A stretch of DNA of 64,000 nucleotides from a virus. This document shows positions 46,451-56,083 of the stretch, in pieces (within the stretch, counting starts at the first letter, position 1; the number at the start of each line of letters is the position of its first letter). The notes beneath the pieces are model-generated. The model worked only from the letters and a program-made list of their open reading frames with translations. It did not search any database and was not told where the DNA came from. The position numbers and the translations under genes are program-made. Where the stretch lies: positions 32,001 to 96,000 of IMG/VR virus record IMGVR_UViG_3300048592_000244. One strand, given 5' to 3'.

Positions 46451-47301
46451 CGGAATCCCTGCGTGGTGTGATCCATAATTTCCTTCGCGGTGGGCACTTT
46501 GACGGACATGCCACCTAGAAGGAAAATGGTGAGCGCGGCACGCTTGGTGCCGATGTAGTGCTTGAGGGCGCGGATGGCACCAAGGCGTGGGTAGGTTTCG
46601 ATGCGCCTGACGATCTCGGCCTGATGCTCCTCGTTGTGCATGAACAGCCAGCCACGGATCATCGCCACGAGAAACTGAGCGACGTCCACAGGCCGACCGG
46701 CTGCACTGGTGTCCACTTCCTCTTTGCCCAAGATCGAATCGACGCGACGGATCACAGCCGGGCTGATGGTGAATCCACTGCGCTCCACAGCCTCGTACAG
46801 CAGGGCGAACAACCGGCTGGAGCAGTAGAAGGGGAAGAAGGCGCGTAGCTCGGTGAAGAACTCTGTGTCCAGCAGCTTGTCAACCGTACCCTCGTGCATC
46901 AATTCCAGCGTGTCGTGATCCACATACTCTGTGCGCTGGCGGCGGAAAAAGTCGATGCAGAGGTTCTTGATGATCGCCGTCGCCCACGAATGCAGCTTGC
47001 CGTTCTTCCGGTTGAAGCTGTCAATGGCGGCGTCGATTTTCAGCAGGCTGTCCTGCACCAAGTCTTCTCTGGTGTGGCTGTCCGCGCTCTTGGCGAAGGT
47101 ATTCACCGTGGCCACCACCATCGGGTGCATGATGGTGTAGAAATCCCCCTGCGTATCAGGGCTGGGCTTCTTCTGGAGCTTGACCGCTAATTCCTCGGCG
47201 GCGTCGTTGTCGAACGGGTGCCTAGCGGAAGGTGCGGGTTGCTTCCTCGTGGAACGAGTAGGTCTCTTTGAGTTCTTCGATTTTCCCGCGCTGCTTGGCA
47301 T
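46447..47301 (-). CDS. phage sigma factor (region 2, late/gp55-like) with atypical C-terminus
   Basis: REDLVQDSLLKI..AIDSFN..NGKLHSWATAIIKNLCIDFFRR is sigma70 region 2; no clear region 4 HTH. Confidence 0.8.
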   Translation of the reverse strand: MPSSAGKSKNSKRPTRSTRKQPAPSARHPFDNDAAEELAVKLQKKPSPDTQGDFYTIMHPMVVATVNTFAKSADSHTREDLVQDSLLKIDAAIDSFNRKNGKLHSWATAIIKNLCIDFFRRQRTEYVDHDTLELMHEGTVDKLLDTEFFTELRAFFPFYCSSRLFALLYEAVERSGFTISPAVIRRVDSILGKEEVDTSAAGRPVDVAQFLVAMIRGWLFMHNEEHQAEIVRRIETYPRLGAIRALKHYIGTKRAALTIFLLGGMSVKVPTAKEIMDHTTQGFR

Positions 47302-48004
47302 TCAGTCGTTCCATCAGGCCGGGGTAGACGAAAGCCGTCATCCCGATGAGGGACATTACCATAGAGTCCCCGGCGTGAGCAAGCCAGCTTGCTTTGGCCG
47401 TTCGTTTAGGGGGTTTCTTCCCCAGCCACTCGACCTGATGAAATTCAGACTCGATCTCGCAGACGCTGGGGTGAACCAGATCAGGCCATAGATGCTGAAT
47501 GAATCGTAGGACGCCGGGCACGCTGCCGTCGTAGACGTCGTGGGGCACGTTCTTGTTGAATGGCTTGCCCTTCTTATTGACGCTTGGCCGCGAAACCATG
47601 ATTTTCGAGAACAGGTGGACGAGAGACGGGTGTACGGTGATGGCAAACCTGAATAACCGAGCCAACCTCTCACGGAATAGGGCGTCGTAAAAGGCGCGGT
47701 TGTAGATCACGCCGGGGCTCGTCTTTTGGCCGCCAGAGACCCTGTACTCCTCCAACACCAGCAGGCAGTTCAGTGGCACGTTGCCGCGCTGGCCAAGCCA
47801 GCTAAGGACGTCTCTGACACGCTGGAACTGCCACTCGACCCGGCCCCAGATGTCGGTGTTGCTGTCAGTGACCGTGGCCTTCGACATCATCAACTGCGGC
47901 ACCGGCCCGCGATTATCCCACACGTTGATCCCCTGCGTGGCGTAGCCGGGGTCAATGCCGATGGTGAAATCAACGGGTAGGTCTTTGTTGAATGTGTTTG
48001 ACAT
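47222..48004 (-). CDS. ruvC: RuvC-like Holliday junction resolvase
   Basis: IGIDPG...G, LVLEEY and C-terminal HAGDS acidic catalytic positions. Confidence 0.75.
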   Translation of the reverse strand: MSNTFNKDLPVDFTIGIDPGYATQGINVWDNRGPVPQLMMSKATVTDSNTDIWGRVEWQFQRVRDVLSWLGQRGNVPLNCLLVLEEYRVSGGQKTSPGVIYNRAFYDALFRERLARLFRFAITVHPSLVHLFSKIMVSRPSVNKKGKPFNKNVPHDVYDGSVPGVLRFIQHLWPDLVHPSVCEIESEFHQVEWLGKKPPKRTAKASWLAHAGDSMVMSLIGMTAFVYPGLMERLNAKQRGKIEELKETYSFHEEATRTFR

Positions 48005-48485
48005 GGATGTCCAAGTTAGCCCAGAGCGACGTGAAATGCACGACGCGATTCAAGTTCACCAGCGCGGTGTCCAGCATGACGAACACCGAGTCCTTGAATT
48101 TCAGCCGGTGTGATGTTTTCAGATTGAAGCGGTGCGCTGTGGTGAGCGACCGTCCGTTGTCGAAGACGAACTCGAACACCCAGCCCATCGGTGCGCCCTC
48201 AATATCGTAGCCTTGGTCCGTCAGCCACTGGAGCGCGTAGGGATGCTCGGTGTTGACCTTGCGGGCAAGGTAGTAGCAGTCACCCATTTTCCAGCCGTTG
48301 CCGTCGAAGTGAAGGATGTCAGTCTCGGCGTCGTAGTTCTTGTTGTGCTCTTGCTTGAGGGCGTGCCACGCGTGCAGGATAATGTCGTTGTGGGACTCGA
48401 AGACATTGCCGTCTGGCTGCGGCTCCACAAACTCGTGGTAAACCACGAACAGTGGGTTCTTGTGCATCATCGGTGGTACGGCCAC
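47970..48485 (-). CDS. hypothetical protein
   Basis: GTG start abutting the previous stop; typical codon bias. Confidence 0.7.
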   Translation of the reverse strand: MAVPPMMHKNPLFVVYHEFVEPQPDGNVFESHNDIILHAWHALKQEHNKNYDAETDILHFDGNGWKMGDCYYLARKVNTEHPYALQWLTDQGYDIEGAPMGWVFEFVFDNGRSLTTAHRFNLKTSHRLKFKDSVFVMLDTALVNLNRVVHFTSLWANLDIHVKHIQQRPTR

Positions 48486-50468
48486 TTAGGTCTCCTGCAC
48501 GGACACCAGCGACGAAATTCCATCGGCCATCGTGCAGCGGTATCCGTGAGCCACAGAAGCTACCAGTTCCCGCTTGTTGGTCAACAGAAGGCAGGAGACG
48601 CCGTACTGCTGGCAGAAGAATTCCAGCACCTCGACCACGGCCTGCTGGCCGGTGTCGTCCATGAAGTCAGCGATCTCGTCAAGGAACAGGACGCCGGAGT
48701 TGAAGACGTGCTTGGACGCCATGAGGTGCAGGGTGAGGAAAATGCAGAAGTCGATGCGCCTGCGCTCACCACCACTGAGGTCTCCGTAGCCTGTGGTCTG
48801 GTCTCCCTTGCTGGCCTCGACGTAGAATCCCTCGACGGTCTTGCTGCCCTTTTTCTTGTGGGACTTGAACGCCACACGCAATTCGTCCTTGGAGAACAGG
48901 CTCAGGCACATCTGGGCCGTGGCCGTCATCTCTGGCAGCAGGGCCTCAAACATGAAGTGCTGTAGGCTACCCTTGCCGCCGCCGAACATGCTGGCCACGT
49001 TGTCCCACAGGGTCTTTTCACCGGCCCACTGCTCTTGGTTGTTGGCAGACGCCTTGCGGTCTTCCTTGAGGCGACGTGTTTCATTTTCCAGCCGGTCTAT
49101 GTCCTTGGCGATCTGCTCGATGGCCTCTGTGTCCGGCTTGAGCGCGGCTTCCAGATCGACCTTCACGGCTTCGCCTCTTTCGATCTGTTCCTTGTTGGAC
49201 TCGACACGGTTGGCGAGATCGCGGTCCTGCCTTATCAAGTCGCTTTGCTGCTGTTCAAGAGACTTCATGTGGGCGTGAGCAGCTTTATAGTCCACGAGCA
49301 GTTTGGCAGCGGTCTCCTCGTTGAGTCCGGTTTTCGTTTGCCGGGCTAAGTAGTGCTGCTGTGTCTTGTCGTAGCTGCGGATAATGTCCAGCTTCTTTTC
49401 GTTCAGGCGCTTCAATTCATTCTGTGTGCTGGCCAGCGCCTTCTGTAGAGCTTCTTCGCCGAGAGGTTGACCGCATGTGTGGCAGAGTCTGCCTTCGGAA
49501 TCTTGCTGGAGACGCTGGTTCTCGTTGGTGATGTCACGGTCAACCCACTCAAGAGCGTTTTTCCTCTCTGTCTCTTGACGCGTCAACATCTCCGTGGCTG
49601 CGTTGAATTCAATCCAGCGGTCCTTGGCTTCCTCGAACTGTTGTATCACTGGCTTGTATTTCTCGACGGCATCGTTGGTGGCATCCATCTTGGGGCGGAG
49701 TTCCCTGCGCTCGTGTTCTGCGCTGGTGACAGCGAGTCGGTACGTGGCGAGGTGCTCATCCAGCGTGTGGATTTTCTCCCAGATGTCATCTTCATCCTCG
49801 CCGCGAATTTCTGTCCTGCGCTGGTCGAGTTCAAGCATCGCGGTTTCGTTCTTGGCGATCCACGCGTCAATGGCTTTGCTCACGCCGTTGCATTCGATCT
49901 CCGTCTCCATTGCGAATTTCCACTTCGCCTTCGCTCGCTCATGGAGGCCGGAAAAGTCGAACGGCACGATGGTGTCCAGCAGCGACTTCTGCTCCTTGTC
50001 GGTCATCAGGGCGAAGGTCTGGGATTCCGCGCCGGTAAACACCATCGTCCGCACGAAAGTCTCGTAGTTCATGCCGAGGATATTCTCCACGGCCTCGTTC
50101 ATCACCTTGAGGTCGCCGCTCTGGATGCCGTCCTTGTCCGGCCTGCGGATAAACACGTTGTTGCCGTGCTCCGAATGCTTGCGATACCGGCTGATGGTGT
50201 AGACTCCGCCCGGCTTGGTGATCCAGACGGAGCCCGAGCAGTCTTTGTTCACCGGCTGGCGCACGCAGGAGTCTGCGTTCTCCATCCCCGGCCATTTTCC
50301 GAACAAGGTCCAGAGGACGAGGTACATCAGGCTGGTTTTTCCGGTGCCGTTGCTGTCCGCGTAGTCGCTCTGGCTGTCGCCAAAGACCACAGACACCCTG
50401 TGGGTGCCGAATTCCATCTTCACGTTCTGGTAGGAACGGAAATTCGTGCCATGAACCATCTGTAACAT
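48486..50468 (-). CDS. sbcC: Rad50/SbcC-like (T4 gp46-like) ATPase
   Basis: NFRSY, Walker A NGTGKTS, zinc hook CHTCGQ, signature LSGGERRR, Walker B LFLDE. Confidence 0.93.
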   Translation of the reverse strand: MLQMVHGTNFRSYQNVKMEFGTHRVSVVFGDSQSDYADSNGTGKTSLMYLVLWTLFGKWPGMENADSCVRQPVNKDCSGSVWITKPGGVYTISRYRKHSEHGNNVFIRRPDKDGIQSGDLKVMNEAVENILGMNYETFVRTMVFTGAESQTFALMTDKEQKSLLDTIVPFDFSGLHERAKAKWKFAMETEIECNGVSKAIDAWIAKNETAMLELDQRRTEIRGEDEDDIWEKIHTLDEHLATYRLAVTSAEHERRELRPKMDATNDAVEKYKPVIQQFEEAKDRWIEFNAATEMLTRQETERKNALEWVDRDITNENQRLQQDSEGRLCHTCGQPLGEEALQKALASTQNELKRLNEKKLDIIRSYDKTQQHYLARQTKTGLNEETAAKLLVDYKAAHAHMKSLEQQQSDLIRQDRDLANRVESNKEQIERGEAVKVDLEAALKPDTEAIEQIAKDIDRLENETRRLKEDRKASANNQEQWAGEKTLWDNVASMFGGGKGSLQHFMFEALLPEMTATAQMCLSLFSKDELRVAFKSHKKKGSKTVEGFYVEASKGDQTTGYGDLSGGERRRIDFCIFLTLHLMASKHVFNSGVLFLDEIADFMDDTGQQAVVEVLEFFCQQYGVSCLLLTNKRELVASVAHGYRCTMADGISSLVSVQET

Positions 50469-51532
50469 TAGCGTGCCCCCGGCGCGTTGGCAGGACGAAG
50501 AATTTCCATCACAGCCCGCAGTATCTTGGCCTTCCTGTCCTGCACCAGCAGCCCCTGATTGACCTGATAGGTCAGGTAGCGTTCGATGGATTCACCAAGG
50601 CTGGCGTTGGATAGCTGAATGCGTGGTGCGCCCTGCTCCTCCAGCGACCGGGCGATTACCGTAGCCGGTTTTTCCCGCATGTAGTCGTTGCCCGGCGTCT
50701 CGTAGCGTTGCTCGACCGTGTAGAACTCAGGAGCGGTAGTGGGGAGGCGGGCTATGGTGACGGCGGTGGGGTCGTTCCCCCACAGACCGAGTGCCCACCA
50801 GCCGTACTTGTAGCCCTCCTCCCCGAACGTGTTCTGATGCGTGCAGCCAAGGTGGTAAGCCTTCTCGCTCACCGGCTGTGCCTTGTGGATGTCGTTGAAA
50901 AGCAGCGCCTCGAATTGCGCCGGGCGGAAATCCTCCAGCTTGATACCGAAGTGTGGCTTGACGCCATTCACCTCGGCACCATCGACCGGGTAGTGGCCGA
51001 CGAAGACCAGAGTTTCCCCTGTCGGCACCTGTTCCCACAGCTTATGCAGGTCGATGTCAACCATCGCCTGCTTGTGGTTGTAGTAGAACGGCACCAGCAT
51101 GACGTTCAGCTTCAATGATGAGCCGTGGCGCTCCAGACGGATCAGGTGGGGCTCCGAAGCAATGAGATCAACCACGGGCTCGAAGCACTTGAGCGTGTGC
51201 AGGTTGTGGTACTTCTCAGTGCGCTCATGGTTGCCGACGTTGAGGATAATCCTGCTGCCGTTGGCTTTTTCCTGCGTGAACAAGTCCATGAGTTCCGATG
51301 TCACCACCGGGTTCAGGTTGTTCTTGTCGTGCGTCAGGTCGCCGTTGATTATCAGCGGCACGTCCATCGCTCGGGCTGCTTGAATTCCTTGCAGCAGCAC
51401 ATGCACGCTGGACATGATGCGCGTCTCGGGGTCAGGTTGCTTCCACGCGTGGATATGGTGGTCCCCGCCCACGACCGCGAAGGGCGTGAACTGAGATTTA
51501 TCGGCGGTGGGGTCGTCGATCACATAGAGCAT
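50468..51532 (-). CDS. sbcD: Mre11/SbcD-like (T4 gp47-like) nuclease
   Basis: Metallophosphoesterase motifs GDHH, NGDLTH, VGNHE, VGHY, DIHK; start at ATG 51532 just after the upstream stop. Confidence 0.9.
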   Translation of the reverse strand: MLYVIDDPTADKSQFTPFAVVGGDHHIHAWKQPDPETRIMSSVHVLLQGIQAARAMDVPLIINGDLTHDKNNLNPVVTSELMDLFTQEKANGSRIILNVGNHERTEKYHNLHTLKCFEPVVDLIASEPHLIRLERHGSSLKLNVMLVPFYYNHKQAMVDIDLHKLWEQVPTGETLVFVGHYPVDGAEVNGVKPHFGIKLEDFRPAQFEALLFNDIHKAQPVSEKAYHLGCTHQNTFGEEGYKYGWWALGLWGNDPTAVTIARLPTTAPEFYTVEQRYETPGNDYMREKPATVIARSLEEQGAPRIQLSNASLGESIERYLTYQVNQGLLVQDRKAKILRAVMEILRPANAPGAR

Positions 51533-51534
51533 GT

Positions 51535-52551
51535 TTAGTAACTCGGCAGTTTGTCGTAGGGACTTGAGAGTTTTCTGCACAAAGGCGAGCTTTCCAGTTT
51601 GGATAGAAGGCTGCCGCTGCTGTCGGAAAATTCATGCCACGCCATCCACTGCTTGATCCAGTCAATGTTGGCGGAGCCCACGGCACAGAGCGGGTTGCCC
51701 ATGTCGAGCTTGTCCGGTCCCTGCGGTGGGTTCAGGCGCATCAGGTGAGCATTGAGGGCGTAGACGCGCTGGCTATTTTCACTCGCCAGCTTCTCCAGTG
51801 TCTTCGTGACCTTCTCACCGACCGACATCTTCGTGTGGATCAAGTTGCAGAAATTGTTGTAGCCGCCGTACTCACGCAAAATCATCAAGGCCCGCTTTTC
51901 CGCACAGCTTGGCAGGCCGGGGATCATGTCGGACTTATCGCCTTGCAGCCAGCGGTATTCCGCCCACTGATCGAGCGTCAGCTTGATCTGCTTGTCGGCT
52001 GGCAGCTTCTTGTTCTCTTTGAAAAAGTGGGCGCTCTGTTCGTAGAAATTGTCGTGGGTCAACCAGCGCGGCGGTTTGCCGGGGTAGTAGATGGTGAAAT
52101 TCGGCGAGATCAGCGGGAACATATCCTTGTCGGTAGACACGCAGATGATCGGCGTGTCGGCATACATCATGCGCAGGTGCCCGATGATGTCGTCTGCTTC
52201 CATCTTCGCCTGCTCGAACCAGAATACGTTCAGTTGCAGCAGCGCCGTGCGGAGTTCAGGTAACTGTGCCTGAATAGCTTGATATTGTTTTTCCTCCTCG
52301 GGGGTGCGTTTCTTTTGCCGTTGTTTGTAGTCCGGCAGGTACTGAGTTCTCCAACAGCCTTTGTTGGAGTAGTCATTCGGATCGCTGACGAGCCACACAT
52401 GCTCCGGCTTCAAGTCGTTCACCAGCTTCACCAGCATGTTGAACATGCCGTAGTAGAGCCCGGTGAACTGGCCGCTGTTCTTCGACCAGAGTTCACGGTG
52501 CGAATGGGCACCACGGTGCGCCATGTTGTGGACGTCGATCAGCAGGATCAT
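51535..52551 (-). CDS. 5'-3' exonuclease / flap endonuclease (PolI N-terminal, T4 RNase H-like)
   Basis: LLIDVHN..HR, YKQR, EADDIIG, STDKD, LQGDKSD.IPG motifs. Confidence 0.93.
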   Translation of the reverse strand: MILLIDVHNMAHRGAHSHRELWSKNSGQFTGLYYGMFNMLVKLVNDLKPEHVWLVSDPNDYSNKGCWRTQYLPDYKQRQKKRTPEEEKQYQAIQAQLPELRTALLQLNVFWFEQAKMEADDIIGHLRMMYADTPIICVSTDKDMFPLISPNFTIYYPGKPPRWLTHDNFYEQSAHFFKENKKLPADKQIKLTLDQWAEYRWLQGDKSDMIPGLPSCAEKRALMILREYGGYNNFCNLIHTKMSVGEKVTKTLEKLASENSQRVYALNAHLMRLNPPQGPDKLDMGNPLCAVGSANIDWIKQWMAWHEFSDSSGSLLSKLESSPLCRKLSSPYDKLPSY

Positions 52552-53225
52552 TTCTTTTCCTTGAGGCGGCTGCGTTCGCGTGAGAGGTTTACTTCGTAGG
52601 CTTCGCGGTAGAGCGTAATCAGCCTGTCCTTCAATTCAGACAGCACGCGCTCCCGCTTTGCAATCCACAGCTTCGGGATTGTGAACAGGGCGATGTACGG
52701 CATGACGGGGATGAAATTCTGCACGCCGGGGGTCTTGTTGCAGTACAGCGAAGTCTTGACGCGTAAAGAGTTGTTCACCTGATCGTCCTTCTCGGGCTTC
52801 TCAGGGAACCAGAATGGATGGCTGACGTGGCAGACCATGCGCTGGAAGCCAAGCTGCTTGCCACGGAAGATCAGCGAGCCGGAGTCCATTGCAGTCGGGT
52901 CGTTGGCGCTGTAACGCTGGTCATCCCATTCATCGGCGTCCAGTTCCTCGAACACAATCGTGGGGTCAGCGAACGCGAGTTCCGTGTTGGCGTCGATCAC
53001 CAGTTCAGCGCCAAGGTCGCGGCACAACTCGGCAATCACCTGATCGTCAGGGATGCAGGATATTTCCTGATTCTTCACCATCTGGGCGATGATCTGGGCG
53101 TTGGGGCTCACGGCGTCCACAATGCCCGGATGGTCGCCAAGGGAGTTCGCGGGAATAAAAATCCTGCGGCCCTTGTAGAACAGATCGGTCGGTCTAACGG
53201 AATGCTGGGTTGGTGCCTTGTGCAT
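52548..53225 (-). CDS. hypothetical protein in the recombination module
   Basis: Overlaps both neighbours; typical codon bias. Confidence 0.7.
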   Translation of the reverse strand: MHKAPTQHSVRPTDLFYKGRRIFIPANSLGDHPGIVDAVSPNAQIIAQMVKNQEISCIPDDQVIAELCRDLGAELVIDANTELAFADPTIVFEELDADEWDDQRYSANDPTAMDSGSLIFRGKQLGFQRMVCHVSHPFWFPEKPEKDDQVNNSLRVKTSLYCNKTPGVQNFIPVMPYIALFTIPKLWIAKRERVLSELKDRLITLYREAYEVNLSRERSRLKEKK

Positions 53226-54507
53226 CGTCGGTCTTCTTTCCGTAGATAATTTCCTGCTTCCACTTGTTCAGCGCCTTCCAGATTTCAGCGCCGACTTCGC
53301 AGTAGATGTTGTACCAGCTTTCGATCTTGAAGTTCTCCGGCCAGCAGGCGTGAAAATCCCCCTGTAGTGCCCACCATCCACCGGACGTGTGTTTGACGAA
53401 GCCGCGTTGGTGGAAGAATTCCCACAGCGAGTTCACCGGGTCAGTGCCGGTAGCCCCCAGCATGAACAGCGGCACGTCCATCTGCAACGAGTCGAGGTTC
53501 TTCTTGATCGAGCAGGAGACGATGTTGCCAAGCTGGTAGAGCCGGTCGCTCGTGGCGACCAGCTTGTCCGCCTTGAGGATGCCGTCGCTGCGTGGGTCAC
53601 GGTACAGCACCGAGCCCGAACCACCGGCGAATATCTGCAAGCGTACCGTGTTGTAGAATTCTTGTGACGACGTGACAGCCGGGCGCTTGTAGGCGTTGCC
53701 CTTGCCCATGATGCCAGCGGTCCTGATCTGGGCGAGTTGCAGCATGGCGACACGCTCGTCCATGAACAGGCAGTTGCGTAGCTGGTGACTCCACGAGCGT
53801 GCCTGCAACGCTGGCTGAGGGCTCGTGTTGGCCAGTCCTGTCTTCGGGTCGAATGCTTCCTCGCGTGACGGCACCGCAGTGGTGGAGTCAACGACGATCA
53901 GGATGAGCGACTTGTCTTCCTGACGAAGCTGATTGGGCGAGGCAAAGTTCTTGCCGTCTTTTCCTGCGATGGCAGCGCACTGGCCTTCTTTGTCCTTGCG
54001 CGTCTCCCACTGCTTGCCGCAGTCGAGAGTCCTGCCGTAGTATTCAATTTCCTTCTTCGTGGCCACTCCGCTGAGGAACCTTTCGCGCACTTTCCGCAGA
54101 TCGTCTTCACGGATCACCTTGTGGATGCGCGTGCAGTCCTCGAACATGCGCTCGACGTTGATGATGTCGTCAGGCTTTTCCGCTGGCACAAGGTCTTTGA
54201 AGTACCAGAAGAACGGGTTGTCTTTGTTGGCCTTGTTGATGCCGAGTGTCTTGAACCTGCTCTCGGTCATTTTCCGCTCTTTGTCGAACACGATGGCGTG
54301 GCCACCGAGATCGAGCACGGCACCGACGACTTCGCAGGCGAGCGTGGACTTGAACATCGAAGGGTTGCCGGAAATTTCCGTGATGAACCCGCACTGGATA
54401 CCCCCGGTCATCAGGTTCAGAATATCCGACTTGAACGGAATGTACCCCGGCGTTGCCGGATCACCTGCACGCATCGACTGGCGAAGTTCTGCTGGCGTCA
54501 TTGTCAT
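53194..54507 (-). CDS. uvsX: RecA/UvsX-like recombinase with an internal insertion of about 65 aa
   Basis: GFITEISGNPSMFKST (UvsX-type F-K-S P-loop), FDKE, IVVDS, LQAR, QIR motifs. Confidence 0.85.
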   Translation of the reverse strand: MTMTPAELRQSMRAGDPATPGYIPFKSDILNLMTGGIQCGFITEISGNPSMFKSTLACEVVGAVLDLGGHAIVFDKERKMTESRFKTLGINKANKDNPFFWYFKDLVPAEKPDDIINVERMFEDCTRIHKVIREDDLRKVRERFLSGVATKKEIEYYGRTLDCGKQWETRKDKEGQCAAIAGKDGKNFASPNQLRQEDKSLILIVVDSTTAVPSREEAFDPKTGLANTSPQPALQARSWSHQLRNCLFMDERVAMLQLAQIRTAGIMGKGNAYKRPAVTSSQEFYNTVRLQIFAGGSGSVLYRDPRSDGILKADKLVATSDRLYQLGNIVSCSIKKNLDSLQMDVPLFMLGATGTDPVNSLWEFFHQRGFVKHTSGGWWALQGDFHACWPENFKIESWYNIYCEVGAEIWKALNKWKQEIIYGKKTDDAQGTNPAFR

Positions 54508-55907
54508 AGTTGTCCACTCCGAAGGGCTTGGGAAAATCCACGGTCATCCATGAAGGTCGTCTGTGCCCAGCCCTCGTTGTCCAGACAGTCCCTTCTCTTA
54601 TCGGCCCATCGCCGCAACATCTTTACACCGAAATCGTCAATATCTACCCAAAGGAACGGTCGCCCGTCTGCCTTGGGGATCAGACCACGCCCGAGCTTCT
54701 GCACCGTCACATGGTCAGCCTGCATGGCCTCAGCGTTGATGGCGAAGTCGCACTGGAAGGTCACGCCCTCGCGCCACTTTTTGGTGCAGCACACGCAGGA
54801 AATCTCCCCGGCGTTGAACAGCTTCTTGATGTGGTCAGCCTCGCTCTGACTGATGAGCTTGCTGGCGACCACGTAGCAGCCGGGGATGTCATTGGCGATG
54901 CGCTGGCCCTGCTCGGAGTAGTTGACGAAAATCAGACCCTGCTTGCCGGTCTCGGTCAACTGCCGGGCGAGCCACGCGATCATCAGGTTACGCTCGCGGT
55001 TCTGAACGATGGACGACTTGTACTTGTCGTCGAAATTCTCCGTGGGTAATTCACCGTGATGGAAAAACGGCAGCCACACTGCATTGACCGGCGCGATGAT
55101 CCCGTGGGCGGCAGCGGCGGCAGCGGTGACTTCAACGCGCTTGGGTCCGTGCCAGCCGATCAGGGCGTAGTCCTTGTATTCTTTTCCTACCAGCGGAGTA
55201 GCTGACGAGCCCCACGACCAGATGCAGTTGGGCATGTACTGGTAAATCAGCATCTGCCTGTCGCCTGCCTTGTGGCACTCGTCGCGGATGCGAGCCTCGC
55301 AGGCCGCAAGGTAGGGAATTACCTCCGGCTTGACGCCACCGCCTTTTCCTTCGCACAGAGAGTTCTCGATGCAGATGGTGATATTCTGCCAGTCGTGTTC
55401 CTTCTGGACCGTGGCCGCGACCATGCCGATTGGTTCGTCTGTCACCGTGCGCCAGTCTTCACGCATCTGTCCGGCGATGTCTGCGGTGGGAGCGAAGACC
55501 AGTGTGCGCGGCCTGCCTGCGCGGAAATACCACTGGAGGTAGACGAAGGACTTACCGAAGCGAGTGGCGATGTCGATGATGCCGTAGCGGTGCTTGAGCA
55601 TCTCGTCCACGACCCAATCTTGCAGGGGCCGACCGAACGTCACCTCACGCGGGCTGTAGTTGTTCTGCTGGCGTGGCCGCTGGTGCCACTCGGTGTGGAC
55701 ACCGTAGCGGAAAAGTTCTTGCACGACAAACGGAGTGAGCCCACGAAGGAAATATGGATAACCGGGCTGAAAGAACGGAGGATATTCCCCGTCCTGATCC
55801 GGTGCGACCGTGAGGATGCGTTCTATGATGTCATGGATAAGGCTCACGTCGTACCCGGTGACGTGTACCTCTGTCCAGTTTGTATCTTCCACCAACATCA
55901 CAGGCAT
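54504..55907 (-). CDS. uvsW: SF2 DExH helicase (UvsW-like)
   Basis: GIIDIATRFGKS, DECH, SATP, QKLGRGL motifs. Confidence 0.85.
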   Translation of the reverse strand: MPVMLVEDTNWTEVHVTGYDVSLIHDIIERILTVAPDQDGEYPPFFQPGYPYFLRGLTPFVVQELFRYGVHTEWHQRPRQQNNYSPREVTFGRPLQDWVVDEMLKHRYGIIDIATRFGKSFVYLQWYFRAGRPRTLVFAPTADIAGQMREDWRTVTDEPIGMVAATVQKEHDWQNITICIENSLCEGKGGGVKPEVIPYLAACEARIRDECHKAGDRQMLIYQYMPNCIWSWGSSATPLVGKEYKDYALIGWHGPKRVEVTAAAAAAHGIIAPVNAVWLPFFHHGELPTENFDDKYKSSIVQNRERNLMIAWLARQLTETGKQGLIFVNYSEQGQRIANDIPGCYVVASKLISQSEADHIKKLFNAGEISCVCCTKKWREGVTFQCDFAINAEAMQADHVTVQKLGRGLIPKADGRPFLWVDIDDFGVKMLRRWADKRRDCLDNEGWAQTTFMDDRGFSQALRSGQL

Positions 55908-56083
55908 GAGCGAAGCTCCGTGGGCGACCGGCGAAGCCGGGCTGCCCTAGTAGTTCGTAAGAACTACTAGAAAAAAACCTTTGTTTATATAGCTATACTT
56001 CATCGGCCATTTTGGCCTTTAGCAGAGTGCGAGTTTCTATCGGCCATTTTGGCCTTTAGGCTTTAGGCCATTTTGGCCTTTAG
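55908..56083. other. putative replication origin (iterons, AT-rich tract, hairpins)
   Basis: Three GGCCATTTTGGCCTTTAG repeats, AT-rich 55971-56001, perfect 10-bp inverted repeat and two GCGAAGC mini-hairpins, next to a wHTH initiator-like gene. Confidence 0.7.
56002..56083. repeat. three direct repeats (ATC)GGCCATTTTGGCCTTTAG
   Basis: Copies at 56002-56022, 56039-56059 and 56066-56083. Confidence 0.95.

Noticed and set aside
53241-53248. CGTAGATA copy as a functional late promoter
   Set aside because: It is antisense within uvsX with no downstream + strand gene; probably chance, though an antisense RNA cannot be excluded.
53900-54110. Intein in the UvsX insertion (and in the TerL insertions)
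   Set aside because: Too short and lacking the N-terminal Cys/Ser and C-terminal His-Asn splice motifs.
56002-56083. CRISPR mini-array
   Set aside because: Repeats are 18-21 bp with 6-16 bp gaps and no cas genes; an iteron interpretation fits better.
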